Below are positions 10,235 through 18,795 of a DNA stretch of 64,000 nt, in pieces. The stretch lies in the NCBI GenBank assembly GCA_947084965.1, contig CAMTUG010000002.1, positions 79,434-143,433 on the forward strand, read 5' to 3'. The DNA is from an uncultured Parcubacteria group bacterium (GTDB lineage Bacteria > Patescibacteriota > Patescibacteriia > UBA9934 > CAMTUG01). Within the stretch, counting starts at the first letter, position 1; each line of letters starts with the position of its first letter. The notes beneath the pieces are model-generated. The model searched no databases, had not been told where the DNA came from, and saw nothing but the letters and a program-made list of their open reading frames with translations. The translations under genes were made by a program, and so were the position numbers.

Positions 10235-10292
10235 AGCAACGACCACCCCCGAGGAGTAGCGACGAGAGGGTCGCTGCATGGGGGTGGTCTTG
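10235..10292 (-). terminator. Conserved 3' stem-loop element, copy 1 (after GC-rich ORFan)
   Basis: Minus strand GACCACCCCC..GCAGCGAC..GTCGCTACTCCTCGGGGGTGGTCGTTGCTTTT; near-identical copies at 48821 and 50420. Confidence 0.7.
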
Positions 10293-10304
10293 TCGTTCGG
10301 ACTA

Positions 10305-11240
10305 CTACTCGTCGTAGTAGTCGTCGGGGTACTCGTGGTCGGATGGTTCAAGGACCCCGTCTTCATAGCCGGTGCCGTCTTCGTCCTCCTTCGGCGGGAC
10401 GATCGGGAGGGCCTGGTCCTCGAAGACGACGATCCGGTCGTGGGCGTTCCGCTGGCCGGGCTTCTGCTCGCCGCGCCGGAAGGCGAGGGAGTAGGGCCCG
10501 ACCGAGGCGAAGACGAACATGTCCGGGTGGCGGGTCCGCTCGTTGCGGCCGACCGTGAGGTCGATCGCCGAGGCGCCGCTGCCGCTGTAGACCACGAGCG
10601 TCTCGCCGGGGAGCGGCACCACGCGGTGGCCGATGAACTCGCCGACGCGCTGGAAGTAGCTCCTGGGCCCGTGGATGTTTTCGACCCGCTCGCCGAGCCG
10701 CTCCTTGCTCCCGTTGCTGAAGACCCAGTGGTCGCGGGTCCACGGCTTCAGGGTGAGGGCCTGCTCCCACTCGACGGTCTCGCAGCCGAGGTAGTCGAGC
10801 TTGTTGAGCGCCAGCTTCATCTCCACCCCCTTCGCGGGGTCGGCGAAGGTGATGGTGACGATGGGGGTCTTGTTGCGGTCGATCCAGCCCTGCTTCACGG
10901 TCAGCGTCACGCCCTCCTTCGGGGTGAGGGTGATGACCTCGCCGTCGAGCTTGGCGCCGAAGGGCTCGCCATAGCGGACCGCGTCCTGCGCCCGACTGGA
11001 CTCGAATCGGTCGTTGTTGAACCGGTCGAAGTAGCCGCCGGGCCGGGGGAGGTAGACCCCGAGGCAGGACCCGAGCACCCGTTCGAGCTCGCTCCAGTTC
11101 TCGTTGGCTTCGAGCGCCATGCGGATCCCGCAGGCGACCATTCGGTGGTCGGTCCCGATCCCGACCCCGCGACCGTAGGGGTCGTAGATGTAGGTCGTGC
11201 TGACGGGCCGGCGGAAGCCGATGATCTGCTTCATGGACAT
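10305..11240 (-). CDS. Hypothetical protein (GC-rich ORFan, acidic C-terminus)
   Basis: Strong C/G third-position bias in this frame; GAGGAGG SD before ATG 11240; own promoter. Confidence 0.8.
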   Translation of the reverse strand: MSMKQIIGFRRPVSTTYIYDPYGRGVGIGTDHRMVACGIRMALEANENWSELERVLGSCLGVYLPRPGGYFDRFNNDRFESSRAQDAVRYGEPFGAKLDGEVITLTPKEGVTLTVKQGWIDRNKTPIVTITFADPAKGVEMKLALNKLDYLGCETVEWEQALTLKPWTRDHWVFSNGSKERLGERVENIHGPRSYFQRVGEFIGHRVVPLPGETLVVYSGSGASAIDLTVGRNERTRHPDMFVFASVGPYSLAFRRGEQKPGQRNAHDRIVVFEDQALPIVPPKEDEDGTGYEDGVLEPSDHEYPDDYYDE

Positions 11241-11310
11241 CGGAAAATCCTCCTCTTCACGTGCGGAGTGCACGGTGGTGCTTCTCGCGCTTCATGCGCG
11301 GAAGTGGCCT

Positions 11311-11339
11311 AGATTAGCATCAAAAGCCGATTCTGTCAA
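11311..11339 (-). promoter_or_regulatory. Sigma70-like promoter of the ORFan
   Basis: TTGACA-N17-TAATCT with TG extension. Confidence 0.7.
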
Positions 11340-11372
11340 GACAGAATCGGCTGAATATGGGAAAATTGACTC

Positions 11373-12143
11373 ATGTCCGTAACCTTTCGCACTACTGGAA
11401 TCGTTATTGCCATGCGCGATCTGTTTGAACACGATCGTGTCTATTCGGTTTTAACCGCTGAGCACGGGAAGCTCGAGTTGCGTGCCCGCGGGTCGCGGAA
11501 GATCTCTTCGAAACTCTCGGCGCACCTCGAACCGTTCGCTCTTTGTGATCTGATGGTTGTGCGTGGACGATACGGTGACTTGGTTGCGGGCGTAGAGCGC
11601 CTCGAGTCGTATCGATCAATTCGTGCGGACATGGATAAGCTCGAACTCGCTTGGCACACCTTGGCGTTGGTCGAGATGTCGACGCGAGCGCGGCTACACG
11701 ATCCGGTGATGTTCGACGAAGTCCGTCGTTGGTTGACGTTCATTGATGGAGCGCCAGAGTTGACTGCAGATCGCGCGGCCTTTCTTTCTGGAAGTTTCAC
11801 CCTTAAACTCCTCGCCATTCTTGGGTTTCGTCCAGAACTTTTGTGTTGCGTGAACTGCGAACGCGGCATCGCCCCGATGGGCTACTCGTGGCACGGGTTG
11901 AAAGGGGGGGTCGTTTGTCGCGATTGCTGCAGTCGCGAGCCAGAGCAGTGGTTTTCTGCCCGCCGCATTGATGACAATTCGCTTAAGCTGATCCGCTACG
12001 CCATGAGCGAGCACTTCGAGCATCTCCTCGACATTCGTTTGCCAGGCCCGATTCTTTCTGAATATCACGCCGTCATTGAGTCCTTGGTGGTCGCACACTT
12101 TCCCGTTATTCCCACCGTCTCTTTTTCGCGCACTGCTGCCTAA
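11373..12143 (+). CDS. recO: DNA repair protein RecO
   Basis: EHDRVYSVLTAEHGKL..ARG..K..SKL..HLEPF; Zn finger CVNC..CRDC; LGFRPEL. Confidence 0.93.
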   Translation: MSVTFRTTGIVIAMRDLFEHDRVYSVLTAEHGKLELRARGSRKISSKLSAHLEPFALCDLMVVRGRYGDLVAGVERLESYRSIRADMDKLELAWHTLALVEMSTRARLHDPVMFDEVRRWLTFIDGAPELTADRAAFLSGSFTLKLLAILGFRPELLCCVNCERGIAPMGYSWHGLKGGVVCRDCCSREPEQWFSARRIDDNSLKLIRYAMSEHFEHLLDIRLPGPILSEYHAVIESLVVAHFPVIPTVSFSRTAA

Positions 12144-12193
12144 ATCACAACCCTACGCGCTCCGCCGAATCCCGCCACGACATAGATTTTTGC

Positions 12194-12226
12194 TCCTGAT
12201 ACCGGCTTCAGAAGCCGGTATCAGGA
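12194..12226. repeat. 33-bp palindrome with perfect 16-bp arms
   Basis: TCCTGATACCGGCTTC-A-GAAGCCGGTATCAGGA. Confidence 0.9.
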
Positions 12227-12233
12227 ATGGCGC

Positions 12234-12262
12234 TTGACGATCAATCGGTGTGAGGGTAGTGT
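12234..12262 (+). promoter_or_regulatory. Putative sigma70 promoter for leader/tRNA-Asn
   Basis: TTGACG-N17-TAGTGT. Confidence 0.6.
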
Positions 12263-12272
12263 GATTGTAGGT

Positions 12273-12341
12273 ATGCAGAAACGTCGATTCGACATCGCCA
12301 ATAATGATAATAACCAGCGTTCGCTGGCTTTCTTGGCATAA
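12273..12341 (+). CDS. Putative Asn/Asp-rich attenuator leader peptide MQKRRFDIANNDNNQRSLAFLA
   Basis: 22-codon ORF with AAT AAT GAT AAT AAC cluster overlapping alternative hairpins just upstream of tRNA-Asn. Confidence 0.7.
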   Translation: MQKRRFDIANNDNNQRSLAFLA

Positions 12342-12370
12342 TCGGGTGACGACATCGTATGCCAAAGAAG

Positions 12371-12401
12371 AACGCCAGCAGACCGCTGGTCGTTTTGTTT
12401 T
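12371..12401 (+). terminator. Attenuator terminator
   Basis: AACG-CCAGC-agacc-GCTGG-t-CGTT then TTGTTTT, ending 2 nt before the tRNA. Confidence 0.7.
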
Positions 12402-12403
12402 AT

Positions 12404-12479
12404 TGGCCTGTAGTTTAATTGGCAAAACATTCCGCTGTTAACGGAAAGAGCGCAGGTTCGACTCCTGCCGGGCCAGCCA
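12404..12479 (+). tRNA. tRNA-Asn(GTT)
   Basis: Acceptor TGGCCTG/CGGGCCA, anticodon arm TTCCG-CTGTTAA-CGGAA, GTTCGA, encoded CCA. Confidence 0.96.
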
Positions 12480-12525
12480 TCTATTCCTTGCGTCTATGCG
12501 TTTAGTTCGCTAAAATATGCACACT

Positions 12526-13824
12526 ATGACTGAGACGATGATTGATAAGATCGGTGCGAAGGTTGGCCAAGAAGTTGAGTTAAAGGGTTGGGCGTACAAC
12601 TTCCGCTCGAGCGGGAAGATTTTCTTCTTGCAATTGCGTGACGGATCGGGTCGGGTGCAGGTCGTCTATTCAGCGGCAGAGTTGCCGCCCGAACAATGGG
12701 AGGAGCTGCAGAAGATTCGGATTGAGTCATCTGTCGTTGTTCGTGGAATCGTTAAAGCCGAGCCGCGATCAGCCTCCGGATTTGAGCTTCAGGGCGTGTC
12801 GTTTCAACCGATCCAAGTCGCGCCGGAAGATTATCCGATCGGCAAAAAGGAACACGGACCAGATTTCCTCCTCGATCAACGCCACCTGTGGTTGCGTTCA
12901 GAAAAGCAGTGGGCGATTCAGCGCGTGCGCAACACGATCATCAACGCGACGTACGCCTATTTGAACGAAATCGGATTTATCAAAATTGATTCTCCGATTC
13001 TCACACCAACGGCTTGCGAAGGGACGACGGAGTTGTTTGAACTTGAGTACTTCGACATGGGCAAGGCGTACTTGTCGCAGTCGGGGCAGTTGTATTTAGA
13101 AGCGGCGATCATGAGCGTTGGCCGTTGTTTCGACTTTGGTCCGGTCTTCCGCGCGGAAAAATCCAAAACGCGCCGTCACCTCACTGAGTTTTGGATGATG
13201 GACGCCGAAGCGGCGTTTGTCGAACATGAAGAGAACTTGAAGATTCAGGAAGGGCTCGTCTGTCGTATTGTCAAAGACGTTCTCGAAAAGAACCGCAAGG
13301 AACTCGAAGTGCTTGAACGCGATATTTCAGCGCTTGAAAAAGTCCAAGCGCCATTTGTGCGCATGACGCATACCGAAGCGGTGAAGATTTTGCGCGAACA
13401 CGGCAGTGATATCGGTGACTTGGATGATTTGGGGGCGGACGACGAAACCGTTCTTACTAAAATGTACGATCGCCCGATCTTTGTCGAAAAGTATCCGGCC
13501 GAAGTCAAAGCGTTTTACATGAAGCGTGATCCATCGGACCCGACCCGCGTGTTGAATGCTGACCTCTTGGCCCCAGAAGGGTATGGCGAAATATTCGGTG
13601 GATCGCAACGCGAAGATGATCATGACGCCCTTCTTGAACGCATCCGCGAACACAACCTTCCGGTTGAACCACTGCAGTGGTATCTCGACCTGCGCAAGTA
13701 TGGCTCTGTGCCACACTCAGGATTTGGGTACGGTTTGGAGCGCATCACCGGCTGGGTCTGCGGTACGCAACACATTCGCGAAACGATCCCGTTCCCACGC
13801 CTGATTAATCGCCTCACACCGTAA
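12526..13824 (+). CDS. asnS: Asparagine--tRNA ligase
   Basis: AYLSQSGQLYLEA, FRAEKSKTRRHLTEFWM, YGSVPHSGFGYGLER; start 12526 preferred because TAAAAT -10 ends at 12516 (12517 possible). Confidence 0.95.
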   Translation: MTETMIDKIGAKVGQEVELKGWAYNFRSSGKIFFLQLRDGSGRVQVVYSAAELPPEQWEELQKIRIESSVVVRGIVKAEPRSASGFELQGVSFQPIQVAPEDYPIGKKEHGPDFLLDQRHLWLRSEKQWAIQRVRNTIINATYAYLNEIGFIKIDSPILTPTACEGTTELFELEYFDMGKAYLSQSGQLYLEAAIMSVGRCFDFGPVFRAEKSKTRRHLTEFWMMDAEAAFVEHEENLKIQEGLVCRIVKDVLEKNRKELEVLERDISALEKVQAPFVRMTHTEAVKILREHGSDIGDLDDLGADDETVLTKMYDRPIFVEKYPAEVKAFYMKRDPSDPTRVLNADLLAPEGYGEIFGGSQREDDHDALLERIREHNLPVEPLQWYLDLRKYGSVPHSGFGYGLERITGWVCGTQHIRETIPFPRLINRLTP

Positions 13825-13825
13825 T

Positions 13826-14980
13826 ATGGAAAAAAAGATCCTCCCCGCCATTGTGCTTATTTTGATCGCCGGGGCGATTGCCTACTGGAAGTTGTCGAAT
13901 CCGATCATGGATAAGCCGGTCGCTCCGGATACCTATATTGTTTGGAGTGCGACACGTGAAACGACGGATCGATCTGTTGACGATACTCCCGGTGCAGACG
14001 TTCTTTATACCTGCGATGCCTTTGCCTATCGTTACGCGATCGGGGCGGAGGAGATGCTTCAACTGGATCGCATCACTGCGGAGGCGAGTGGCTGTGATTA
14101 TCCCTACAGCTTTGTTCCTGCCACTGAACTTGTCTACACGTATTCCGATTATCGTTTGAATTTGAATGGGAAAAAGTTTGCTTGGGAAGACCCAGGGAAG
14201 CTTGGTGTGGAGGGATATGGTACAGGCGAGCTGCATGTCTATTCCGAGTACATGATGCCAGACAACGACACGATTGTGACGCTCGTCCCGCGTGAAGGGG
14301 AGAGTACTCAGTTTACGATTCAGAATGAGAATTATATCAGCAGGCCGTATTACCTCTCCCCAATCGCAGTAAGCGATGACGGCACGCAGATCTATTTTGG
14401 AGAGTTCACCGAAGCGAGCGGATCCCTTCGTTTCGGAATTCATGTCCATGTCTATAATGTGGCCGTGGGGAGCATGACTCGGATTGCCTACGGCAATGAT
14501 CTGCTCGTGAGTGACTTTGTGTTCGATACGGCAGGGAAGCGCATGCTGGTTATTTCAGGAACGCGCCAGGTGAATGAAGAAGCGCCTGGGTGGGATGAAG
14601 TGATCGGACCGAGCCAGTTACATCTTGTTGATTTAGTGACCGGCAAAGGGAAGATTCTCGGTGTAGAAACAACGGACGAAGCAATTCTTACGTCTCCACG
14701 TTTCTCCCCGGTGAATGCTGATACGTTCTCGGCCGAATCAAACGGGGTGACGCACATGATTACCGTAGATGCGGATGGACTCATCACCGACGGTAATGAT
14801 ATCACTGGTCGCATCGTCGACTGGACGGACGACATTCTTGTTCTGGCCGGTCCTTCGCGCTACATGATTTTTGACCCGACAGGAAAGATATTTCTTGGAG
14901 CGACGAACTGGGCGGACTTCGATCTGACGGATGGCAGCTTTGGCTTCCAGTACCTTGGTTCGGCCACCATCTCAGAATAA
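13826..14980 (+). CDS. Membrane-anchored exported protein, probable beta-propeller
   Basis: N-terminal TM; SDDG/FSP-type blade motifs; paralog of next gene. Confidence 0.7.
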   Translation: MEKKILPAIVLILIAGAIAYWKLSNPIMDKPVAPDTYIVWSATRETTDRSVDDTPGADVLYTCDAFAYRYAIGAEEMLQLDRITAEASGCDYPYSFVPATELVYTYSDYRLNLNGKKFAWEDPGKLGVEGYGTGELHVYSEYMMPDNDTIVTLVPREGESTQFTIQNENYISRPYYLSPIAVSDDGTQIYFGEFTEASGSLRFGIHVHVYNVAVGSMTRIAYGNDLLVSDFVFDTAGKRMLVISGTRQVNEEAPGWDEVIGPSQLHLVDLVTGKGKILGVETTDEAILTSPRFSPVNADTFSAESNGVTHMITVDADGLITDGNDITGRIVDWTDDILVLAGPSRYMIFDPTGKIFLGATNWADFDLTDGSFGFQYLGSATISE

Positions 14981-14982
14981 GT

Positions 14983-16077
14983 ATGAATCGCATTCAACTC
15001 GCCTCTGTTCTCGTGATCGCTGCGATCGCCATCCTGACCGGATGGGTGTATCTGTCTTCAACGAAGGAGCAGATTGAAGTGACGCCTGCTCCTCTGGGAC
15101 AAGAGGAGCTCGTCGAAGAAACTGCTGAACTCCCGGGACTCACACCTGGAATGTACGTCTTGTATACCAAGGAAGTTGTGGCCGATCGTGGGGAGGACGT
15201 AGAACAAAATTCGGATGATGTTCGTGAAGAGACGTACTGGGTTTATCCGGTCGCTGGCGGGACACCGCGTCAGCTGACAGATGAGCAAGCACAGGAGTTG
15301 CTTCCATCAAAGGAACAGGTCTGGACTGGTGGCACTACGACCGTCACCGCTGACTTCGTATTTAAAGAAGGCGAGCGTGGGCCAACGGTGACGATGAACG
15401 TTGTGGCTGCCGGGGATTCTACGTCGATCACGTTTGACGATGCAGAAATGGGGATCGAATTTGGCTATCCCTGGCCGGCGGCCGTCGCGAGTGATGGTTC
15501 GGCGGTCTACCTCCGCCAAGTGTTCGAAGGAGAAGGATGGTTTAGCGGATTCTGGAAGTATGACGTCGTGACTGGGGAGATCACGCGTTGTGCATATTGC
15601 GACACGTTTGCGCTCAAGATGCCGTTCGTCAATCCAGCAACCAAACAGATGATCGCTACATCGTTCCCACAACCAGAATCGCTCAGCGATTGGATCATGG
15701 GGCCATCGGCACTGCATCTCATCGACTTACAGACGATGAATGGCATGGAGATCAGCTCCTCTGCAGATCTTGGTTTCGTGCTCCCGACCCTTTCCCCAGA
15801 AGGGACGTACTACAGCTACAACTGGGGGAATGAACAGCCGCCACAGTTGTGGGTGGTGCCGGTGGTCGGCGGTGAGTTTAAAAACAGCAACCGTGTGATC
15901 CAAGGATCATTGCTCACGTGGGTTGATGATCACACCCTTCTTGTCGACCGCTCTGGCGAACTGGTGCTCTACCAGATGACCACCCGTGCAGTGACGGCGA
16001 TTGATCGTACGATTGGGTTTTATCAAGATTCAGATTATCAGCGCATTGCGTTCGTTGATATCGTAACTGTCGAATAA
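14983..16077 (+). CDS. Membrane-anchored exported protein, probable beta-propeller (TolB-like)
   Basis: N-terminal TM; ASDG, PTLSPEG; shares GPSxLHLxDLxT with previous gene. Confidence 0.7.
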   Translation: MNRIQLASVLVIAAIAILTGWVYLSSTKEQIEVTPAPLGQEELVEETAELPGLTPGMYVLYTKEVVADRGEDVEQNSDDVREETYWVYPVAGGTPRQLTDEQAQELLPSKEQVWTGGTTTVTADFVFKEGERGPTVTMNVVAAGDSTSITFDDAEMGIEFGYPWPAAVASDGSAVYLRQVFEGEGWFSGFWKYDVVTGEITRCAYCDTFALKMPFVNPATKQMIATSFPQPESLSDWIMGPSALHLIDLQTMNGMEISSSADLGFVLPTLSPEGTYYSYNWGNEQPPQLWVVPVVGGEFKNSNRVIQGSLLTWVDDHTLLVDRSGELVLYQMTTRAVTAIDRTIGFYQDSDYQRIAFVDIVTVE

Positions 16078-16078
16078 T

Positions 16079-17491
16079 ATGCAGCGCACATGGAATTGGG
16101 AGACGAAAGACAAGGTGGGGGAAGTGGTTCGCTTGAACGGCTGGGTGCATAACGTCCGTCGTGTCGGCGATAAGCTCGTCTTTGTTATTTTGCGTGACGG
16201 TTCGGCTACGGTGCAGTGTGTCTGCTACAAGCCGGATTTAGACGAAGCCACAAACGCGCTGATCGATTCGCTCGGTACAGAGTTTGTTGTCGAGATCGAA
16301 GGTGAGGTGAAGGCGCGTGGGGAGAAGCAGATCAATCCGGATATGGTGACCGGTACGGTCGAAGTCGGAATTAAATCGCTCAAAGTGTTGAACACCTGTA
16401 AGACCCCGCCGTTTGAGATCGACAAAGACACGATGGGGGTGAATGAAGAGTTGCGTTTGAAGTATCGCTACCTTGATCTGCGCTCAGAGCGAATGCACAA
16501 GAATATTTGGATGCGTTCCTCGATTGTGCGGGCCATTCGTGATCATCTGTACGCCTCGCATTTTACGGAGATCGAAACGGCGATTCTGACCAAAGGGACG
16601 CCAGAAGGGGCGCGTGAGTTTTTGGTCCCGTCACGCCTGCACGCCGGGAATTTTTACGTCCTGCCACAATCGCCACAGCAGTTCAAGCAGTTGTTGATGG
16701 TCGGTGGAAAAGAGCGTTACTTCCAGGTGGCCAAATGTTTCCGCGATGAAGACCAGCGCGGCGATCGTCAGCCGGAATTCACTCAGATCGACCTTGAGAT
16801 GAGTTTTGTTGAGCGCGAGGATGTGATGAACGTTATCGAAACGATGTTGATCGAACTCGTGACCAAGTTGTATCCAGGGAAGAAGATTCAGCAAACGCCG
16901 TTCCCGCGTTTGTCGTACAAAGAAGCGATGGAAAAGTACGGCACCGATCGTCCAGACTTGCGCGAAGACAAGAACGATCCGAATCTTCTTGCTTTTGGCT
17001 GGGTGATTGATTTTCCGTTCTTTGAGAAAACCGAGGAAGGTGGGTGGACGTTCACTCACAATCCATTTTCGCGCGCCTTGCCGGAATGTCATCAGGACTT
17101 GATGGACAAGAAGAATATTGAAGGGATCGTCACTTCACAGTATGACGTGGTGTTGAACGGGTTTGAGATCGGTGGGGGATCGATTCGCAACCATGAATCG
17201 CTCGCGCTACAACGCGTCTTCGAAATCATGGGGATCGCCATGGAAGAGATTCAAGCCAAGTTTGGTCATATGCTCGAAGCGTTCGAATTCGGCGCACCAC
17301 CGCACGGGGGGATTGCCCTCGGACTCGATCGCTTGGTCGCCATTTTGCAGAACGAACCAAACATCCGCGAAGTGATCGCCTTCCCGAAGGATGGCCACGC
17401 CTACGACCACATGATGCAAGCGCCGTCGCCGATGCCGGAGAAGTCGCTCAAGGAAGTGCATATCGAATTGGATGTAGAAAGCGGAAAGTAG
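16079..17491 (+). CDS. aspS: Aspartate--tRNA ligase, short form lacking most of the GAD insertion
   Basis: LPQSPQQFKQLLM, CFRDEDQRGDRQPEFTQID, GAPPHGGIALGLDR; 470 aa. Confidence 0.95.
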   Translation: MQRTWNWETKDKVGEVVRLNGWVHNVRRVGDKLVFVILRDGSATVQCVCYKPDLDEATNALIDSLGTEFVVEIEGEVKARGEKQINPDMVTGTVEVGIKSLKVLNTCKTPPFEIDKDTMGVNEELRLKYRYLDLRSERMHKNIWMRSSIVRAIRDHLYASHFTEIETAILTKGTPEGAREFLVPSRLHAGNFYVLPQSPQQFKQLLMVGGKERYFQVAKCFRDEDQRGDRQPEFTQIDLEMSFVEREDVMNVIETMLIELVTKLYPGKKIQQTPFPRLSYKEAMEKYGTDRPDLREDKNDPNLLAFGWVIDFPFFEKTEEGGWTFTHNPFSRALPECHQDLMDKKNIEGIVTSQYDVVLNGFEIGGGSIRNHESLALQRVFEIMGIAMEEIQAKFGHMLEAFEFGAPPHGGIALGLDRLVAILQNEPNIREVIAFPKDGHAYDHMMQAPSPMPEKSLKEVHIELDVESGK

Positions 17492-17509
17492 TAAGCAGAA
17501 AGCGGAGAC

Positions 17510-18211
17510 ATGAAATTCGAAATCAAACTTGATGCCTTCAGCGGGCCGCTGCAATTACTCCTCGAGCTTGTCGAGAAGCAAGATTTGCCGATCACCGAAG
17601 TGGCGCTGGCGAAGGTAACAGAAGATTACTTGAAGCATCTCGAAGCAAACGAGGTGCCTTCAAGTGAATTGGCAGATTTTCTCGTTGTTGCTGCACGGTT
17701 GTTGTATCTCAAGTCCGCAGCGATCTTGCCGACCCCTCCGGCCGAGGAAGAAGATGCTGGTGCACTCGCCGCTCAGCTCAAGCTGTACAAAGAATTCGTC
17801 GTCGCTACAGAATATGTCGATGCTCTTTATCGCGCCGGCCGCGTGAGTTACGGTCGACCGGTGAACGCCACCAAACTTCCGGTTGTGACCGCGTTCCGTC
17901 CACCCGAGAATGCCACGCCGTCAGCCTTGCAATCCCTCTTCGCCACTCTCCTGAAGCGCCTTGAGCCGTTTTTCACCTTGCAGCAAACGACGATGCATAA
18001 GATTGTGAGCGTGCAGGAGCGCATCAAACAGATTCGCGAAGTGTTGCTCGAACGTGCCCAGATGTCTTTCAAAGACATCACAAAGGGGGCGGGGTCGAGG
18101 ATCGAAGTTGTGGTTAGCTTCCTCGCTCTGCTAGAATTGATGAAGCAGAAAGCCATCATGGCTGTACAGTCGTCAGCATTCGGGGACATTGAGCTCAAGA
18201 GGGTGGATTAA
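17510..18211 (+). CDS. scpA: Segregation and condensation protein A
   Basis: FSGPLQLLLEL, FLVVAARLLYLKS, VVSFLALLEL. Confidence 0.94.
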   Translation: MKFEIKLDAFSGPLQLLLELVEKQDLPITEVALAKVTEDYLKHLEANEVPSSELADFLVVAARLLYLKSAAILPTPPAEEEDAGALAAQLKLYKEFVVATEYVDALYRAGRVSYGRPVNATKLPVVTAFRPPENATPSALQSLFATLLKRLEPFFTLQQTTMHKIVSVQERIKQIREVLLERAQMSFKDITKGAGSRIEVVVSFLALLELMKQKAIMAVQSSAFGDIELKRVD

Positions 18212-18246
18212 TTCGTGGTACGTAGAAAGAGGTAAGTGGAGACACT

Positions 18247-18795
18247 ATGGTCAAAGGAAAATTAGAAGCGGTGCTGTTTGTTTCAGGAAAATCGATGGCG
18301 ATTAAGTCTCTTGCAAAGCTCGTCGAAGCAACAGAAGAGGAAGTTCAAGCGGCGATAAAGCAGCTTCAGCTTGAACGTAATGTGGAGAGTTCTGGCATCC
18401 ACCTTCTCGAGCACGATGGCCATGTTCAATTTGTAACCAATCCAGGATTCGCGACTCTAGTCGCAAATTTGGTAAAGGATGAATTCTCGGACGAGCTCAC
18501 GCGACCGCAACTCGAAACGCTTTCCATTATTTTGTATCGTGGGCCGATCACCAAGCCGGAGATCGAGCAGATTCGTGGGGTCAACTGTAGTCTCATTCTA
18601 CGCAATTTGTTGATTCGCGGTTTGATCAGTGAAGAGGAACACGCAGAGAAGCTTCAGATGGTTTACAGCGCCACGACCGATTTTCTTCGTCATCTCGGCG
18701 TCAGTGGCGTCACGGAGATCCCTGAATACGATCGATTTCACACCGACGAACGTATTTCCAAACTGATCGAAGAATCAACTCAAGGAACGCTGTGA
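18247..18795 (+). CDS. scpB: Segregation and condensation protein B
   Basis: LEAVLF, LETLSIILYRGPITKPEIEQIRGVN. Confidence 0.94.
   Translation: MVKGKLEAVLFVSGKSMAIKSLAKLVEATEEEVQAAIKQLQLERNVESSGIHLLEHDGHVQFVTNPGFATLVANLVKDEFSDELTRPQLETLSIILYRGPITKPEIEQIRGVNCSLILRNLLIRGLISEEEHAEKLQMVYSATTDFLRHLGVSGVTEIPEYDRFHTDERISKLIEESTQGTL

Noticed and set aside
10278-11312. 344-aa plus-strand ORF
   Set aside because: Antisense shadow of the GC-rich minus-strand gene, which has the promoter, SD and 3' element.
12273-12341. Leader peptide tail ANNDNNQRSLAFLA resembles a tmRNA tag
   Set aside because: There is no tmRNA tRNA-like 5' GGGG or 3' T-arm/CCA framing and too little room for pseudoknots; an in-frame ATG and attenuator hairpins explain it better.
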